Positions 45,043-53,765 of a DNA stretch of 64,000 nt are shown one piece after another. This DNA comes from Ignavibacteriales bacterium (GTDB lineage Bacteria > Bacillota > Sulfobacillia > JABLXB01). The DNA lies in assembly GCA_050260105.1 (NCBI GenBank), contig JBLNBR010000035.1:7224-71223 (forward strand). Direction: 5' to 3'. Numbering within the stretch: position 1 is the first letter of the stretch; the number at the start of each line of letters is the position of its first letter. Both the position numbers and the translations under genes were made by a program. Under the pieces are notes generated by a model. It did no database searches. It was not told where the DNA came from and was given only the letters and a program-made list of their open reading frames with translations.

Positions 45043-46074
45043 TCACGGCCTGACCTGCACCTTCAGGGCGCGTGCGTGCCGCGCCTGGTCCATGCCTTCA
45101 ATGATCTCATCGAGGCTCACCGAGGAGGTCACATACATCGCCGCATGGATCACTTTGCGCTCGATCAGGGACAACGCCCTGTCGTTTTCATGGCGACTGT
45201 ACGCGTATGACCCCGTCACGGTTACCTCGTCGTAGTGAATGCGGTTACCGTCCAGGGACACGTGGTGATCGTCCTTTGGCAGGCCCCCGAAACTGACCAC
45301 CCGTCCGGCCTTGCGGACCAGGCCCACGGCATCCACCAGGGCCTTCGGGGACGGGCAGGCCGAAATCGCCAGGTCCACACCCTGCGGGCAATGATTCAGT
45401 ACCACGGCCCTCCAATCCTCCCCGGCCGGGTTGACGCGGACGTCGACCTGGAACCGCCCTGCCAGTTCGAGACGGTCCTCGGAAACGTCGGCGAGGATGA
45501 CCTTGCCCGCGCCCGCGCTCTTCGCAAGCTCGGCGTGAATGCACCCGATGGGGCCGGCGCCTATGATGAGGACCGAGTCGCCCCGCCGCACAGGGGAGGT
45601 GGACTGCGCGTGGACGCAGGATGAGGCGGGTTCAATGAGGCTCGCCTCCTCGACGCTCATGCCGGCCGGAATCCGCTTCACCCATCCCTTGCGCAGGACG
45701 ATCTCCGGAACCACCATCATTTCCGCGAACGCGCCCGGGAAGTGCTTACCGAACTCCATCTTGTTCTCGCATATGTGTTCCAGGCCGTTCCTGCAATACC
45801 AGCACTCACCGCACGGCGTATCCTGGGCCGCCGTGACCAGGTCTCCCTCCGACAATCCGGTCCATCGCGGGGCCTTCAGAGCTCTGCCCGCGAATTCGTG
45901 GCCAAGGATAGTCCCAGGTCTGATACTCGAAGACCCCGATGAATACGTCCTAACATCCGAACCGCAAATGTTGCAGCAAATTACCTCCAGGAGCAGGTCG
46001 TCCGGCCCCGGGACCGGTTCCTTGATGGTTTCCACTCGCATGTCGCCTGGACCATGCCAAACGGCGGCCTTCAT
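45043..46074 (-). CDS. Zinc-dependent medium-chain alcohol/polyol(-phosphate) dehydrogenase (GatD / sorbitol DH-like)
   Basis: Contains CGSDV, GHEFAGR, the structural-Zn motif CGECWYCRNGLEHIC and the Rossmann motif IIGAGPIG. Confidence 0.85.
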   Translation of the reverse strand: MKAAVWHGPGDMRVETIKEPVPGPDDLLLEVICCNICGSDVRTYSSGSSSIRPGTILGHEFAGRALKAPRWTGLSEGDLVTAAQDTPCGECWYCRNGLEHICENKMEFGKHFPGAFAEMMVVPEIVLRKGWVKRIPAGMSVEEASLIEPASSCVHAQSTSPVRRGDSVLIIGAGPIGCIHAELAKSAGAGKVILADVSEDRLELAGRFQVDVRVNPAGEDWRAVVLNHCPQGVDLAISACPSPKALVDAVGLVRKAGRVVSFGGLPKDDHHVSLDGNRIHYDEVTVTGSYAYSRHENDRALSLIERKVIHAAMYVTSSVSLDEIIEGMDQARHARALKVQVRP

Positions 46075-46107
46075 CGTCAGGAGCCCCTTTCAGGTGGAAC
46101 ACGAATA

Positions 46108-47382
46108 CTAGAACATCGAATACAAGAGCATCTGGACCCTGTACACCACCCACGTGAGCCACTGGGAACCGATGGACAGGCAAGTAGCCATGCTGGCGCC
46201 CTCCGGGAAAGCGAACCCGACTTGCCGGCCCAGCCTGGTCATGGCCGGCGCGTAGTCGGAGGCGATATACAGTATCGGGATCATGAACAGCGTCCCCAAC
46301 AGCCAGCCGCGGAAGATGTTGCCCTTGGACGGTACCACGGCCCAGACCACGAAGAACACGAGCCCGCCCAGTTCCGCCACGGGGAGCGTGATGTTGCCCG
46401 GCAGGATGAGCGCCAGCACCAGTATGGTGGGGATCAGGAGAAGCGCGGTGGCGATGATGGGCGGAGAACCCACAACAACCGCGGCGTCAAGGCCGATGTA
46501 GACGTTCTTACCCCCATACCTCTTCTTCATGTATTCCCCCGCGGACTCGGAAAGCGGCATGAGACCCTCCATGAGGACACCGATCATCCTGGGCAGAAGG
46601 AACATGGCGGCTGAAAGCGACATGGCGGTGTTCAGGGTCGTATTGGCATCGACGCGGGCTATCAGGGCAAGCGCCGTGCCTATCACTAGCCCGAGGATCG
46701 TCGGTTCGCCCATGATCCCGAAGCGCTCCTGAATCTTCTCCGGCGACCAGTCTATCTTCCCGATGACGGGAATCCGGTCGATCAGCCTGTTCAGGGGGAT
46801 TCCGATCAGCGCCCAGCCGGTGGATTCGATATGGGGTATGGAAATGCCCTGGAGCCCGAAGTAGTCCGCCACATACGGGGCCGAGTAGTCGGCCACCTTG
46901 AAGATGATCGCCATGGCGACGCACGCGCCCAGGACCGAAAACCACAGGCTCCCCGTGTTCATGTAGACAATCCCGCCGATGAATAGGGGTTGCCAGTAGT
47001 TCCAGATATCCACGTCGAGCGTCCTGGTCCAGCCGAGGGCGAGCATGATCACGTTGGTGACCAGTACGGCGACGAGGATGAACGGGACGACCAGGCCGCT
47101 GCCCCAGGCTATGCTGGCGGCGATGGGCCAGCCGACGTCGACCGCGGTCAGCTTGAAGCCGTACACCTCGACCATCTTGTTGACCACGGTCATGATCGTG
47201 TTTGACAGAAGGGTTATGACCATGTTGATGCCGATGAAGCCGATACCGACGGTGACGCCGCTGCGAAGCGCCCGGCCGGGCTTCTGGCCGAAAACAAGCG
47301 CGAGGATCATGACTATGAGCGGCATGAACACAGAGGCCCCGGCATTCATGATGAAGTTGACTACGTTCATGAATCCTTCCAT
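46108..47382 (-). CDS. gatC: PTS galactitol-family EIIC component
   Basis: Collinear with E. coli GatC as recalled: VDVGWP, LDVDIWNYW, GISIPH, GEPTILGLVIG, LLPRMI and LPGNITLP. Confidence 0.85.
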   Translation of the reverse strand: MEGFMNVVNFIMNAGASVFMPLIVMILALVFGQKPGRALRSGVTVGIGFIGINMVITLLSNTIMTVVNKMVEVYGFKLTAVDVGWPIAASIAWGSGLVVPFILVAVLVTNVIMLALGWTRTLDVDIWNYWQPLFIGGIVYMNTGSLWFSVLGACVAMAIIFKVADYSAPYVADYFGLQGISIPHIESTGWALIGIPLNRLIDRIPVIGKIDWSPEKIQERFGIMGEPTILGLVIGTALALIARVDANTTLNTAMSLSAAMFLLPRMIGVLMEGLMPLSESAGEYMKKRYGGKNVYIGLDAAVVVGSPPIIATALLLIPTILVLALILPGNITLPVAELGGLVFFVVWAVVPSKGNIFRGWLLGTLFMIPILYIASDYAPAMTRLGRQVGFAFPEGASMATCLSIGSQWLTWVVYRVQMLLYSMF

Positions 47383-47413
47383 TGCTGCGATGCCCTCCCC
47401 CTTGGTCTTTTGC

Positions 47414-47707
47414 CTACTGCCTCTCGCTCTTCAACGATGCGATGATCTTGTCGATGAGTTCCTTCTTCCCGACGCCGGTGATGAACGCTATTCCGTTGAT
47501 CACGGGCGCCTTGAAGCCGGTGGCCAGGGCCGTCGTGCTGACGATCAGGTCCACGTCCCCGGCCCGGGCAGGAACCTCATGAGGCGTGCATCTCATCGTT
47601 TGGATGGGGATCCCCGCCTGCCTCGCGGCAGCCTGGATCTCGCGTTCCGCAACCGTCGACGTGATGCCGCCTGTCCCGCACACGACGAGCACCTTCTTGG
47701 TCTCCAT
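47414..47707 (-). CDS. gatB: PTS EIIB component (galactitol/lactose-type)
   Basis: 97 aa. KKVLVVCGTGGITS contains the phospho-cysteine loop. Confidence 0.8.
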   Translation of the reverse strand: METKKVLVVCGTGGITSTVAEREIQAAARQAGIPIQTMRCTPHEVPARAGDVDLIVSTTALATGFKAPVINGIAFITGVGKKELIDKIIASLKSERQ

Positions 47708-47734
47708 TCGACCCCTCCTTTCCGTCCCGGGTTT

Positions 47735-48244
47735 TCAAGCGTGAAATAGGCGAGAACCCACGGCCCGAGCGACTTCTTCCCTGGAACCCATCCTCCGGAC
47801 CCCCGACCAGAAAACAGCGTCCGCGAATGACCCCGCCAGGCCTTGCAGCATCTCCAGCTGTCCCTCGGGATCGTTCACGGCCATCATTACGATGATGCCC
47901 GCTGGAACGGTTTGCGATGGGTCGTCCATGCGTCCAAACGGCACTGGAGAAGCCGGAATGGCCAGGCAGATCGCGGAGTGGTTGACGAAGCGGGCGTCCG
48001 CGTGCGGAATCGCAAAGCCCAACCCCTCGGCCTGCAGGCCTGTCGGAAACTCCTTCTCCCTGTCCATGAGGGCCTGCAGGAAGCCGGCCTTCACAGCACC
48101 CGCGCGGTCCAGCGAGTCCGCCATCTGCGAGAGCAGGGTCTCTCTGGCTCTATAGCCGGCGCCATCGCGGTCTCCGACGGCCGGCGTCCGCACATCCCCG
48201 GGCATGAGCACCAGGTGGGGCCCAAACTCAACTGGATTGTTCAC
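47735..48244 (-). CDS. gatA: PTS EIIA component (mannitol/fructose-type fold)
   Basis: REKEFPTGL...GFAIPHAD contains the phospho-histidine motif. It overlaps the DeoR stop by 17 nt. Confidence 0.8.
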   Translation of the reverse strand: MNNPVEFGPHLVLMPGDVRTPAVGDRDGAGYRARETLLSQMADSLDRAGAVKAGFLQALMDREKEFPTGLQAEGLGFAIPHADARFVNHSAICLAIPASPVPFGRMDDPSQTVPAGIIVMMAVNDPEGQLEMLQGLAGSFADAVFWSGVRRMGSREEVARAVGSRLFHA

Positions 48245-49031
48245 TTGCCGCGACCCCCCTTCCCGGGACGCGCGCGATGCGCACCTCGACTCCGGCCTTC
48301 CTGATGAGCTCGAGCTCCGGCTCGGGCGCCATGTCGTCCGTTATCAGGGTGTTGATGGACGAAATGGGCGCCACCGACAACAGCGCCGTGTTGAAGAACT
48401 TGGAGTGATCCACGAGGAGGATGACCTGTTCGGCGGCTTTCATGATCTCCTTCCTCAGATTGACCTCTTCATCGAAGTAGTCCGTCAACCCGTGCCTGTA
48501 CGATAGGCCGGCGCCGCCTATGAATGCCTTGTCCACGTGGAAATTCCTCACCATCTCGGAGGCGATGTTCCCGTAGATGATGAGGTCCTTCCGCCTGAGC
48601 CAGCCGCCGACGAGGACTATCCGGCAGTCCGACGAGGCAGCCATCATGGTGGCCAACTGGATGGACGGGGTCAGGATCAACAGGTCATCTCGTCCCTTCA
48701 AGAGGCCGGCGAATTCCATCGCAGTCGTGCCGCCCTCGATGATGAGAGAGTCTCCGGGGACTACGAGGGAAAGGGCTTCCTGGGCAATCGCGCGCTTCTC
48801 GGCCACATTCTCGACGGCCCTGGTCTCGTAGGGAACCTCCGCCCCACGCTGCCTGATCGCAGCGACCCCCCCGTGAACCTTGGCCACCAGCCCATCGCGT
48901 TCAAGTCTCCCGAGGTCCCTTCGAATGGTCTCCGGCGAGACTTTGAACTCCGACGCCAGTGATGCCGGGCTCACGATGGGCTGTTGCTTGATGGCCTCGA
49001 GCAGTGCCTTGCGCCTTTCGCTGCCCCTCAC
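48228..49031 (-). CDS. DeoR/GlpR-family transcriptional regulator
   Basis: The HTH is LASEFKVSPETIRRDLGRLERDGL and the C-terminus is a DeoR sugar-binding domain. The GTG at 49031 follows GAGGGAGGG with an 8-nt spacer. The maximal ORF extends to 49115. Confidence 0.85.
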   Translation of the reverse strand: MRGSERRKALLEAIKQQPIVSPASLASEFKVSPETIRRDLGRLERDGLVAKVHGGVAAIRQRGAEVPYETRAVENVAEKRAIAQEALSLVVPGDSLIIEGGTTAMEFAGLLKGRDDLLILTPSIQLATMMAASSDCRIVLVGGWLRRKDLIIYGNIASEMVRNFHVDKAFIGGAGLSYRHGLTDYFDEEVNLRKEIMKAAEQVILLVDHSKFFNTALLSVAPISSINTLITDDMAPEPELELIRKAGVEVRIARVPGRGVAASEQSS

Positions 49032-49207
49032 GATTGCATCCCTCCCTCTCACTTGCCGCCACCCTTCGACATGTAGGTTGTGAATTCCTTCAGCTATGGT
49101 TGCGATTTTGCTCATTGGCGGGCATTATTCGTGGCAATTTCCACAATCCGTGAAGCCCTCATAATGCCGTGTAACCTCTCTCCCCCGATCCTCATAACCT
49201 GAATTAC

Positions 49208-49223
49208 GTTAGCCGAGGCTAAC
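49208..49223. promoter_or_regulatory. DtxR/IdeR-box-like palindrome upstream of feoA
   Basis: GTTAGCC-GA-GGCTAAC has 7-bp perfect arms and lies 25 nt before the feoA ATG. It resembles the core of the TTAGGTTAGCCTAACCTAA iron box. Confidence 0.45.
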
Positions 49224-49247
49224 TGAACGCCGCCGGGAGGACACGCC

Positions 49248-49529
49248 ATGGAAATGCCGATGTCACACCTGGAACCCGGGATGATCGGTCGCGTCGTCGG
49301 GGTGGGAGGGACCGACCCGCTCAGGCGGAGACTCCTCGACCTCGGGTTCACTCCGGGCGTCATGGTCAGGGCGGTGAGAAAGGGGCCGCTGGGCAGCCCC
49401 ACCGCGTTTCTGATAAGGGGGACGCTCGTGGCGTTGCGCCCTCGCGACAGTCTCACAATAACCGTTGATACCGGGGGAGTGTGCCATGGGTCTGACCTCG
49501 CGATCCACCGGGGTCGGGATCTTCCGTAG
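49248..49529 (+). CDS. feoA: FeoA-family protein
   Basis: LEPGMIGRVVGV...RRRLLDLGFTPGVMVRAV is an SH3-like FeoA pattern. The RBS is GGGAGGA. Confidence 0.8.
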   Translation: MEMPMSHLEPGMIGRVVGVGGTDPLRRRLLDLGFTPGVMVRAVRKGPLGSPTAFLIRGTLVALRPRDSLTITVDTGGVCHGSDLAIHRGRDLP

Positions 49530-50265
49530 CGCCGGGGTCGCCCGCGACGCGACAAGAAGCGAACTCGTCGTGGCCCTGGCGGGAAACCCCAATACGGGGA
49601 AGAGCACCGTCTTCAACGGGCTTACGGGACTGCGCCAGCATACCGGCAATTGGCCGGGCAAGACCGTGACGGTGGCCAGCGGGCGGTACACCCACGACGG
49701 GAACGTCTTCCTGTTGGTGGACCTGCCCGGGACATATTCCCTCCTCACCAACTCGGCCGAGGAAGAGGTCGCCAGGGATTTCCTGCTGTCCGGCAGGCCG
49801 GACGCCACCGTGGTGGTCGCGGACGCTGCGTGTCTCGAACGTAACCTCAACCTCGCGCTCCAGGTGATCGAAATCACGCCGAGAACGGTGTTGTGTGTGA
49901 ACCTGATCGACGAGGCCCGCAAGAGCGGGATAACCGTGGATGTGCCGAGCCTTGAGCGGGGTCTCGGGATCCCTGTCGTCGCCACCGCGGCCAGGTCCGG
50001 CGCCGGTCTGGACGACCTCAAGAAGGCGATTGCGGGCGTGGCCACGGGATTGATTCGCCCCGAGCCGGTGCCCGTGCCATACTCCAGGCGGGTCCTGCAG
50101 GCCGCGCGTCGCCTGGCCCCCGCAATCCTCGGGCTGGGTTTCGACGAGAGGGGCGCCCGGTGGCTTGCGATGAATCTCCTCGATTCGTCCGGCGCAACCC
50201 GGGATTCGCTCCTGCGGTTCATTGCCGGGCGATCGGCGGATGGGACCGGGACCGGGGGTTCGTGA
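49486..50265 (+). CDS. feoB: Ferrous iron transporter FeoB, N-terminal GTPase plus helical domain (separate ORF)
   Basis: G1 is ALAGNPNTGKST and G3 is VDLPGTYS. The protein ends in a linker. The ATG at 49486 follows GGGGGAG. The maximal ORF starts at 49465. Confidence 0.8.
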   Translation: MGLTSRSTGVGIFRSAGVARDATRSELVVALAGNPNTGKSTVFNGLTGLRQHTGNWPGKTVTVASGRYTHDGNVFLLVDLPGTYSLLTNSAEEEVARDFLLSGRPDATVVVADAACLERNLNLALQVIEITPRTVLCVNLIDEARKSGITVDVPSLERGLGIPVVATAARSGAGLDDLKKAIAGVATGLIRPEPVPVPYSRRVLQAARRLAPAILGLGFDERGARWLAMNLLDSSGATRDSLLRFIAGRSADGTGTGGS

Positions 50266-50266
50266 G

Positions 50267-51679
50267 GTGACTCCCCAGCCCGTGCCGGACGACGTTACCA
50301 GGCTGGCCGAGAAGGCGCAATGCATCTCGCGGGATTGCGGCCTCACAGGCAGTGATGTCGTCGAGGACATTTTCAGGCATGCGGAAAGGATCGCGTCCCA
50401 GGCCGTGTGCGGGAGTCTCGCGCGCCGGGGCATGGGCGATGTGCTGGACGACCTGCTCACGTCCTGGTGGTTCGGCTTCCCGGTCATGCTCCTCCTGCTC
50501 GCCTGCGTTTTCTGGATGACGCTGATCGGCGCGAACTACCCATCGGCGGCCCTGGCCCGGCTCCTTTTCGCAGGCCAGGACATGCTCACGTCCCTGCTCC
50601 GGACGGTCAACGCGCCGCCCTGGCTCCAGGGTGTGCTGGTGATGGGGGCCTACAGGTCGGTGGCATGGGTCGTTTCGGTCATGCTGCCCCCCATGGCCAT
50701 ATTCTTCCCTTGCTTCACCCTGCTCGAAGACCTCGGTTACCTCCCCAGGGTGGCCTTCAACCTCGACCCCCTGTTCGAGAGGGTGGGAGCGCACGGGAAG
50801 CAGTCGCTCACCATGAGCATGGGCCTGGGCTGTAACGCTGCGGGGGTGATAGCGTGCAGGATCATCGAATCACCCCCCGAGCGCCTGATAGCGATCCTGA
50901 CAAACAACTTCGTCCCGTGCAACGGGAGATTCCCCTGCATCATCACCCTGTCCTCGATGTGCGTGGCGTGGTTCTCGCGCACAGCCCCCGGGGCCGCGCA
51001 GGGTCCGGTCATGGCATCCATGCTGGTTTCAGGCGCAGTGGTCCTCGGCGTCGCCGTCACCCTGGGGGTTTCCTGGATATTGTCGAGAACCGTCCTCCGC
51101 GGAGTGCCCACCTCTTTCACCATGGAACTCCCGCCGTATCGCCGCCCCCAGATCGGCCGCGTGCTCTTCACCTCCGTCATCGACAGGACGGTCTTCGTCC
51201 TGGGCCGCGCCGTGACCGTGGCGGCGCCCGCTGGAGCGATCGTTTGGGCTCTCGCCAACACGCGGGTGGCTGGGACCAGTCTCATCCGGTGGGCCGCCTC
51301 CTCGCTCGAACCGGCGGCAAGATTGATGGGATTGGACGGGGTGATCCTGGTGGCGTTTCTTCTCGGGTTGCCCGCCAACGAGATAGTGCTGCCTGTGGCC
51401 TTGATGGGCTACACGGGGGCGAGTACGATGGTGAAGGCGGACGCTATCGCGGGGCTGGCAGGCATCCTCCAGGCCAACGGCTGGACCTGGGTGACCGCCG
51501 CGTGCACGATGCTCTTTTCACTGCTTCACTTCCCGTGCGCCACGACCCTGATCACCATCTTCAAGGAGACGGGTAGCCTGAGATGGGTAGTCGCAGCCGC
51601 CCTCATACCGGCCGGGATTGCCTCCCTTGTGTGCTTCCTGGCCAGGGTGGCATTAACGGGGCAGTTCAGCCCATTCTAG
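50267..51679 (+). CDS. feoB: Ferrous iron transporter FeoB, membrane (gate/nucleoside-recognition) domain (separate ORF)
   Basis: It is polytopic and has the FeoB-type pattern LDDLLTSWWFGFPVMLLLL. It lies in the +1 frame relative to the G-domain ORF. The GTG at 50267 is 2 nt after the upstream TGA and follows GGGGG with an 8-nt spacer. The maximal ORF (TTG at 50222) overlaps the upstream ORF by 44 nt. Confidence 0.75.
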   Translation: MTPQPVPDDVTRLAEKAQCISRDCGLTGSDVVEDIFRHAERIASQAVCGSLARRGMGDVLDDLLTSWWFGFPVMLLLLACVFWMTLIGANYPSAALARLLFAGQDMLTSLLRTVNAPPWLQGVLVMGAYRSVAWVVSVMLPPMAIFFPCFTLLEDLGYLPRVAFNLDPLFERVGAHGKQSLTMSMGLGCNAAGVIACRIIESPPERLIAILTNNFVPCNGRFPCIITLSSMCVAWFSRTAPGAAQGPVMASMLVSGAVVLGVAVTLGVSWILSRTVLRGVPTSFTMELPPYRRPQIGRVLFTSVIDRTVFVLGRAVTVAAPAGAIVWALANTRVAGTSLIRWAASSLEPAARLMGLDGVILVAFLLGLPANEIVLPVALMGYTGASTMVKADAIAGLAGILQANGWTWVTAACTMLFSLLHFPCATTLITIFKETGSLRWVVAAALIPAGIASLVCFLARVALTGQFSPF

Positions 51680-52145
51680 TCCCCCTCTGGATCCACCCGT
51701 CCGTGAAGGTCCCGGCGGCGACCGGAAAGGGGGGATTGTCGAGCTCGCAATATCGCTTGAACTCGTCGCGCATTCGGGGGTTCTCCTTCATATACCCCAC
51801 GAACCGTCCGATCGCGGTGAGCGTCATTAGGCTGAAACCGTGCTCGATCGCCTCGGCCTCCCTGGAGGCGGTATCCGAGGCGCCCAGGAAATGGAGGAAC
51901 TCGACGAGAACGCGGTTTCTCTCCACAAGGTATCCTCCCACCTGGCGACCCTTGGGGGTCAGGGTGATCCTGGAGTCCCGGCCGTATTCCAGGTAATCCT
52001 CCGAGGCGAGCCTTCGGAGCGCCTTCACCACCGAAGGGCGCCGGACGTGGAGCCGTTCCGCTATGTCGGAGACACGCACGCGGCCCTGCCCTGCGGAAAC
52101 GCGGTACACTTCTTCCAGGTAATCCTCCATGCTCGGAGACAGCAT
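51666..52145 (-). CDS. DtxR/MntR-family metal-dependent transcriptional repressor
   Basis: MEDYLEEVYRV...VRVSDIAERLHVRRPSVVKALRRL is the winged HTH, followed by a dimerisation/metal domain. The gene is convergent with feoB. Confidence 0.85.
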   Translation of the reverse strand: MLSPSMEDYLEEVYRVSAGQGRVRVSDIAERLHVRRPSVVKALRRLASEDYLEYGRDSRITLTPKGRQVGGYLVERNRVLVEFLHFLGASDTASREAEAIEHGFSLMTLTAIGRFVGYMKENPRMRDEFKRYCELDNPPFPVAAGTFTDGWIQRGTRMG

Positions 52146-52335
52146 CCGGACCGCCCCCCATAACTGCTCAGACCCCCACCCGGACAGCGCTCACTGTCCA
52201 AATGGAGGTCTGGCTCTCAAGAACCTTGCGCCGGAGCGGGTCTGGACCGGCGTGTCGACTCCGGCGTGCAAAGCGCGGCCCTGCCGGCTTTGCGAGCTAC
52301 TCCCCTCGGGACTGTTCAGGATGGTTCATACTATG

Positions 52336-53466
52336 CTAGAAGACGATCTTGTGTCTCCTCATGTAGACATTGATCAGAAGGCCGATGCCCGCCATGTTTG
52401 TGATTAGAGATGTGCCCCCGTAGCTCATGAAGGGCAGCGGGATCCCCGTCACCGGCATCATCCCGACAGTCATGCCGATGTTGATCAAGATGTGGAAGGC
52501 GAGCATCGAGACGACCCCTACCGCCAGGAGCGCCCCGAAGGAATCCCTGGCCATGGACGCTATCCTGAGGCCCCTCCACAGCACGAAGAGATACAGCGCC
52601 AGGATGGCCATTCCGCCGATGAATCCCAGTTCCTCGCCGATCACGGAGAAGATGAAGTCGGTGTGCTGGAACGGGAGAAACCTGAGCTGATTCTGGGTGC
52701 CCGCGAACAGCCCTTTGCCCACGAGCCTTCCCGAGCCTATCGCGATCATGGACTGCCTGAGTTGATAGCCCGAGCCGAGCGGGTCGATTCCCGGGTTCGT
52801 GAACACGATCAGGCGCTTCAACTGATACTCCTCCAGCGGCAACGGAAAACCCCAGCGGAAATGGGCCACTATCGCGCCGGTTATCCCGCCGAGTCCCGCT
52901 ACGATGAGGAATCCCAGCGCTCTGCCCGGGGCCCCCGCCGCAAACAGCATGCCGAACGCGATCGCCATGAATACCAGCGATGTGCCCAGATCGGGCTGCC
53001 TGAGCACCAGCGCCATCGGCAGGGCAATGTGAATGAACGCCGAGATTATCTGGGGCCAGCCGCATGTCTCACTCTCCCTGCGCGAAAGGGCGGCCGCCAG
53101 AGTCGTGATCACGCACAGCTTCGCCAGCTCCGAGGGTTGCACGGGGACCGGACCGATCTGGATCCATCTCTGCGCGCCCAGCGTGGTCCGGCCCGCGACC
53201 ATGACCGAGGCGAGAAGACCCAGGTTGAGTATGTATACGACCCTTGAGAACCTGAGAAGGTCGCTGTAGTCAATCGAGACCACGATGGCGGCCACCGCGA
53301 GGCCGAGGGCGATCGAGAGTGCCTGGCGCTTCACGGACGAGTAATTCCCGGTCGAGAGGGCCTGCGTGGCGCTGGCTATCATGGGAAGACTTATCCCGGC
53401 CAGGGCCAGCACCGCGGCTATCAGGGCCCAATCCAATTCGCGCCTCAGGTGCCGTTCCCCGAACAT
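52336..53466 (-). CDS. rodA: Rod shape-determining protein RodA (SEDS family)
   Basis: FtsW/RodA/SpoVE signatures: QPSELAK, HTDFIFS and a C-terminal PLPFMSYGGTS. It sits in min/mre context. Confidence 0.9.
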   Translation of the reverse strand: MFGERHLRRELDWALIAAVLALAGISLPMIASATQALSTGNYSSVKRQALSIALGLAVAAIVVSIDYSDLLRFSRVVYILNLGLLASVMVAGRTTLGAQRWIQIGPVPVQPSELAKLCVITTLAAALSRRESETCGWPQIISAFIHIALPMALVLRQPDLGTSLVFMAIAFGMLFAAGAPGRALGFLIVAGLGGITGAIVAHFRWGFPLPLEEYQLKRLIVFTNPGIDPLGSGYQLRQSMIAIGSGRLVGKGLFAGTQNQLRFLPFQHTDFIFSVIGEELGFIGGMAILALYLFVLWRGLRIASMARDSFGALLAVGVVSMLAFHILINIGMTVGMMPVTGIPLPFMSYGGTSLITNMAGIGLLINVYMRRHKIVF

Positions 53467-53467
53467 C

Positions 53468-53761
53468 TCAGGAGCGCGCGGCCCCGTCGATTTCGCTGGC
53501 CCGCTTTATCCTCCTTACGGGCATGTTCGCAACCAGGGCAACCGACGCGTCCGAATTGGACAGGGTGAAGGTGACCGCCGAACCGTCGATCTCCAGGTAC
53601 TTTGACGCGGCCTCTATCATGTCCGCCCTGACCTTCTCCAGCAGATGGGGCGCCACCCCCGCCCTGTCGTTGACAAGGGTGAGCCGGAGGCGCTCTTTGG
53701 CCACGTCCCTGCTACCGAAACCTCTCGGCTGAAGTCGGCTTAGAAATCCTATGGCACCCAC
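53468..53761 (-). CDS. minE: Cell division topological specificity factor MinE
   Basis: DVAKERLRLTLVNDR is the MinE core. The GTG at 53761 lies 4 nt after the minD stop. The maximal ORF (53827) overlaps minD. Confidence 0.8.
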   Translation of the reverse strand: MGAIGFLSRLQPRGFGSRDVAKERLRLTLVNDRAGVAPHLLEKVRADMIEAASKYLEIDGSAVTFTLSNSDASVALVANMPVRRIKRASEIDGAARS

Positions 53762-53765
53762 CCCC

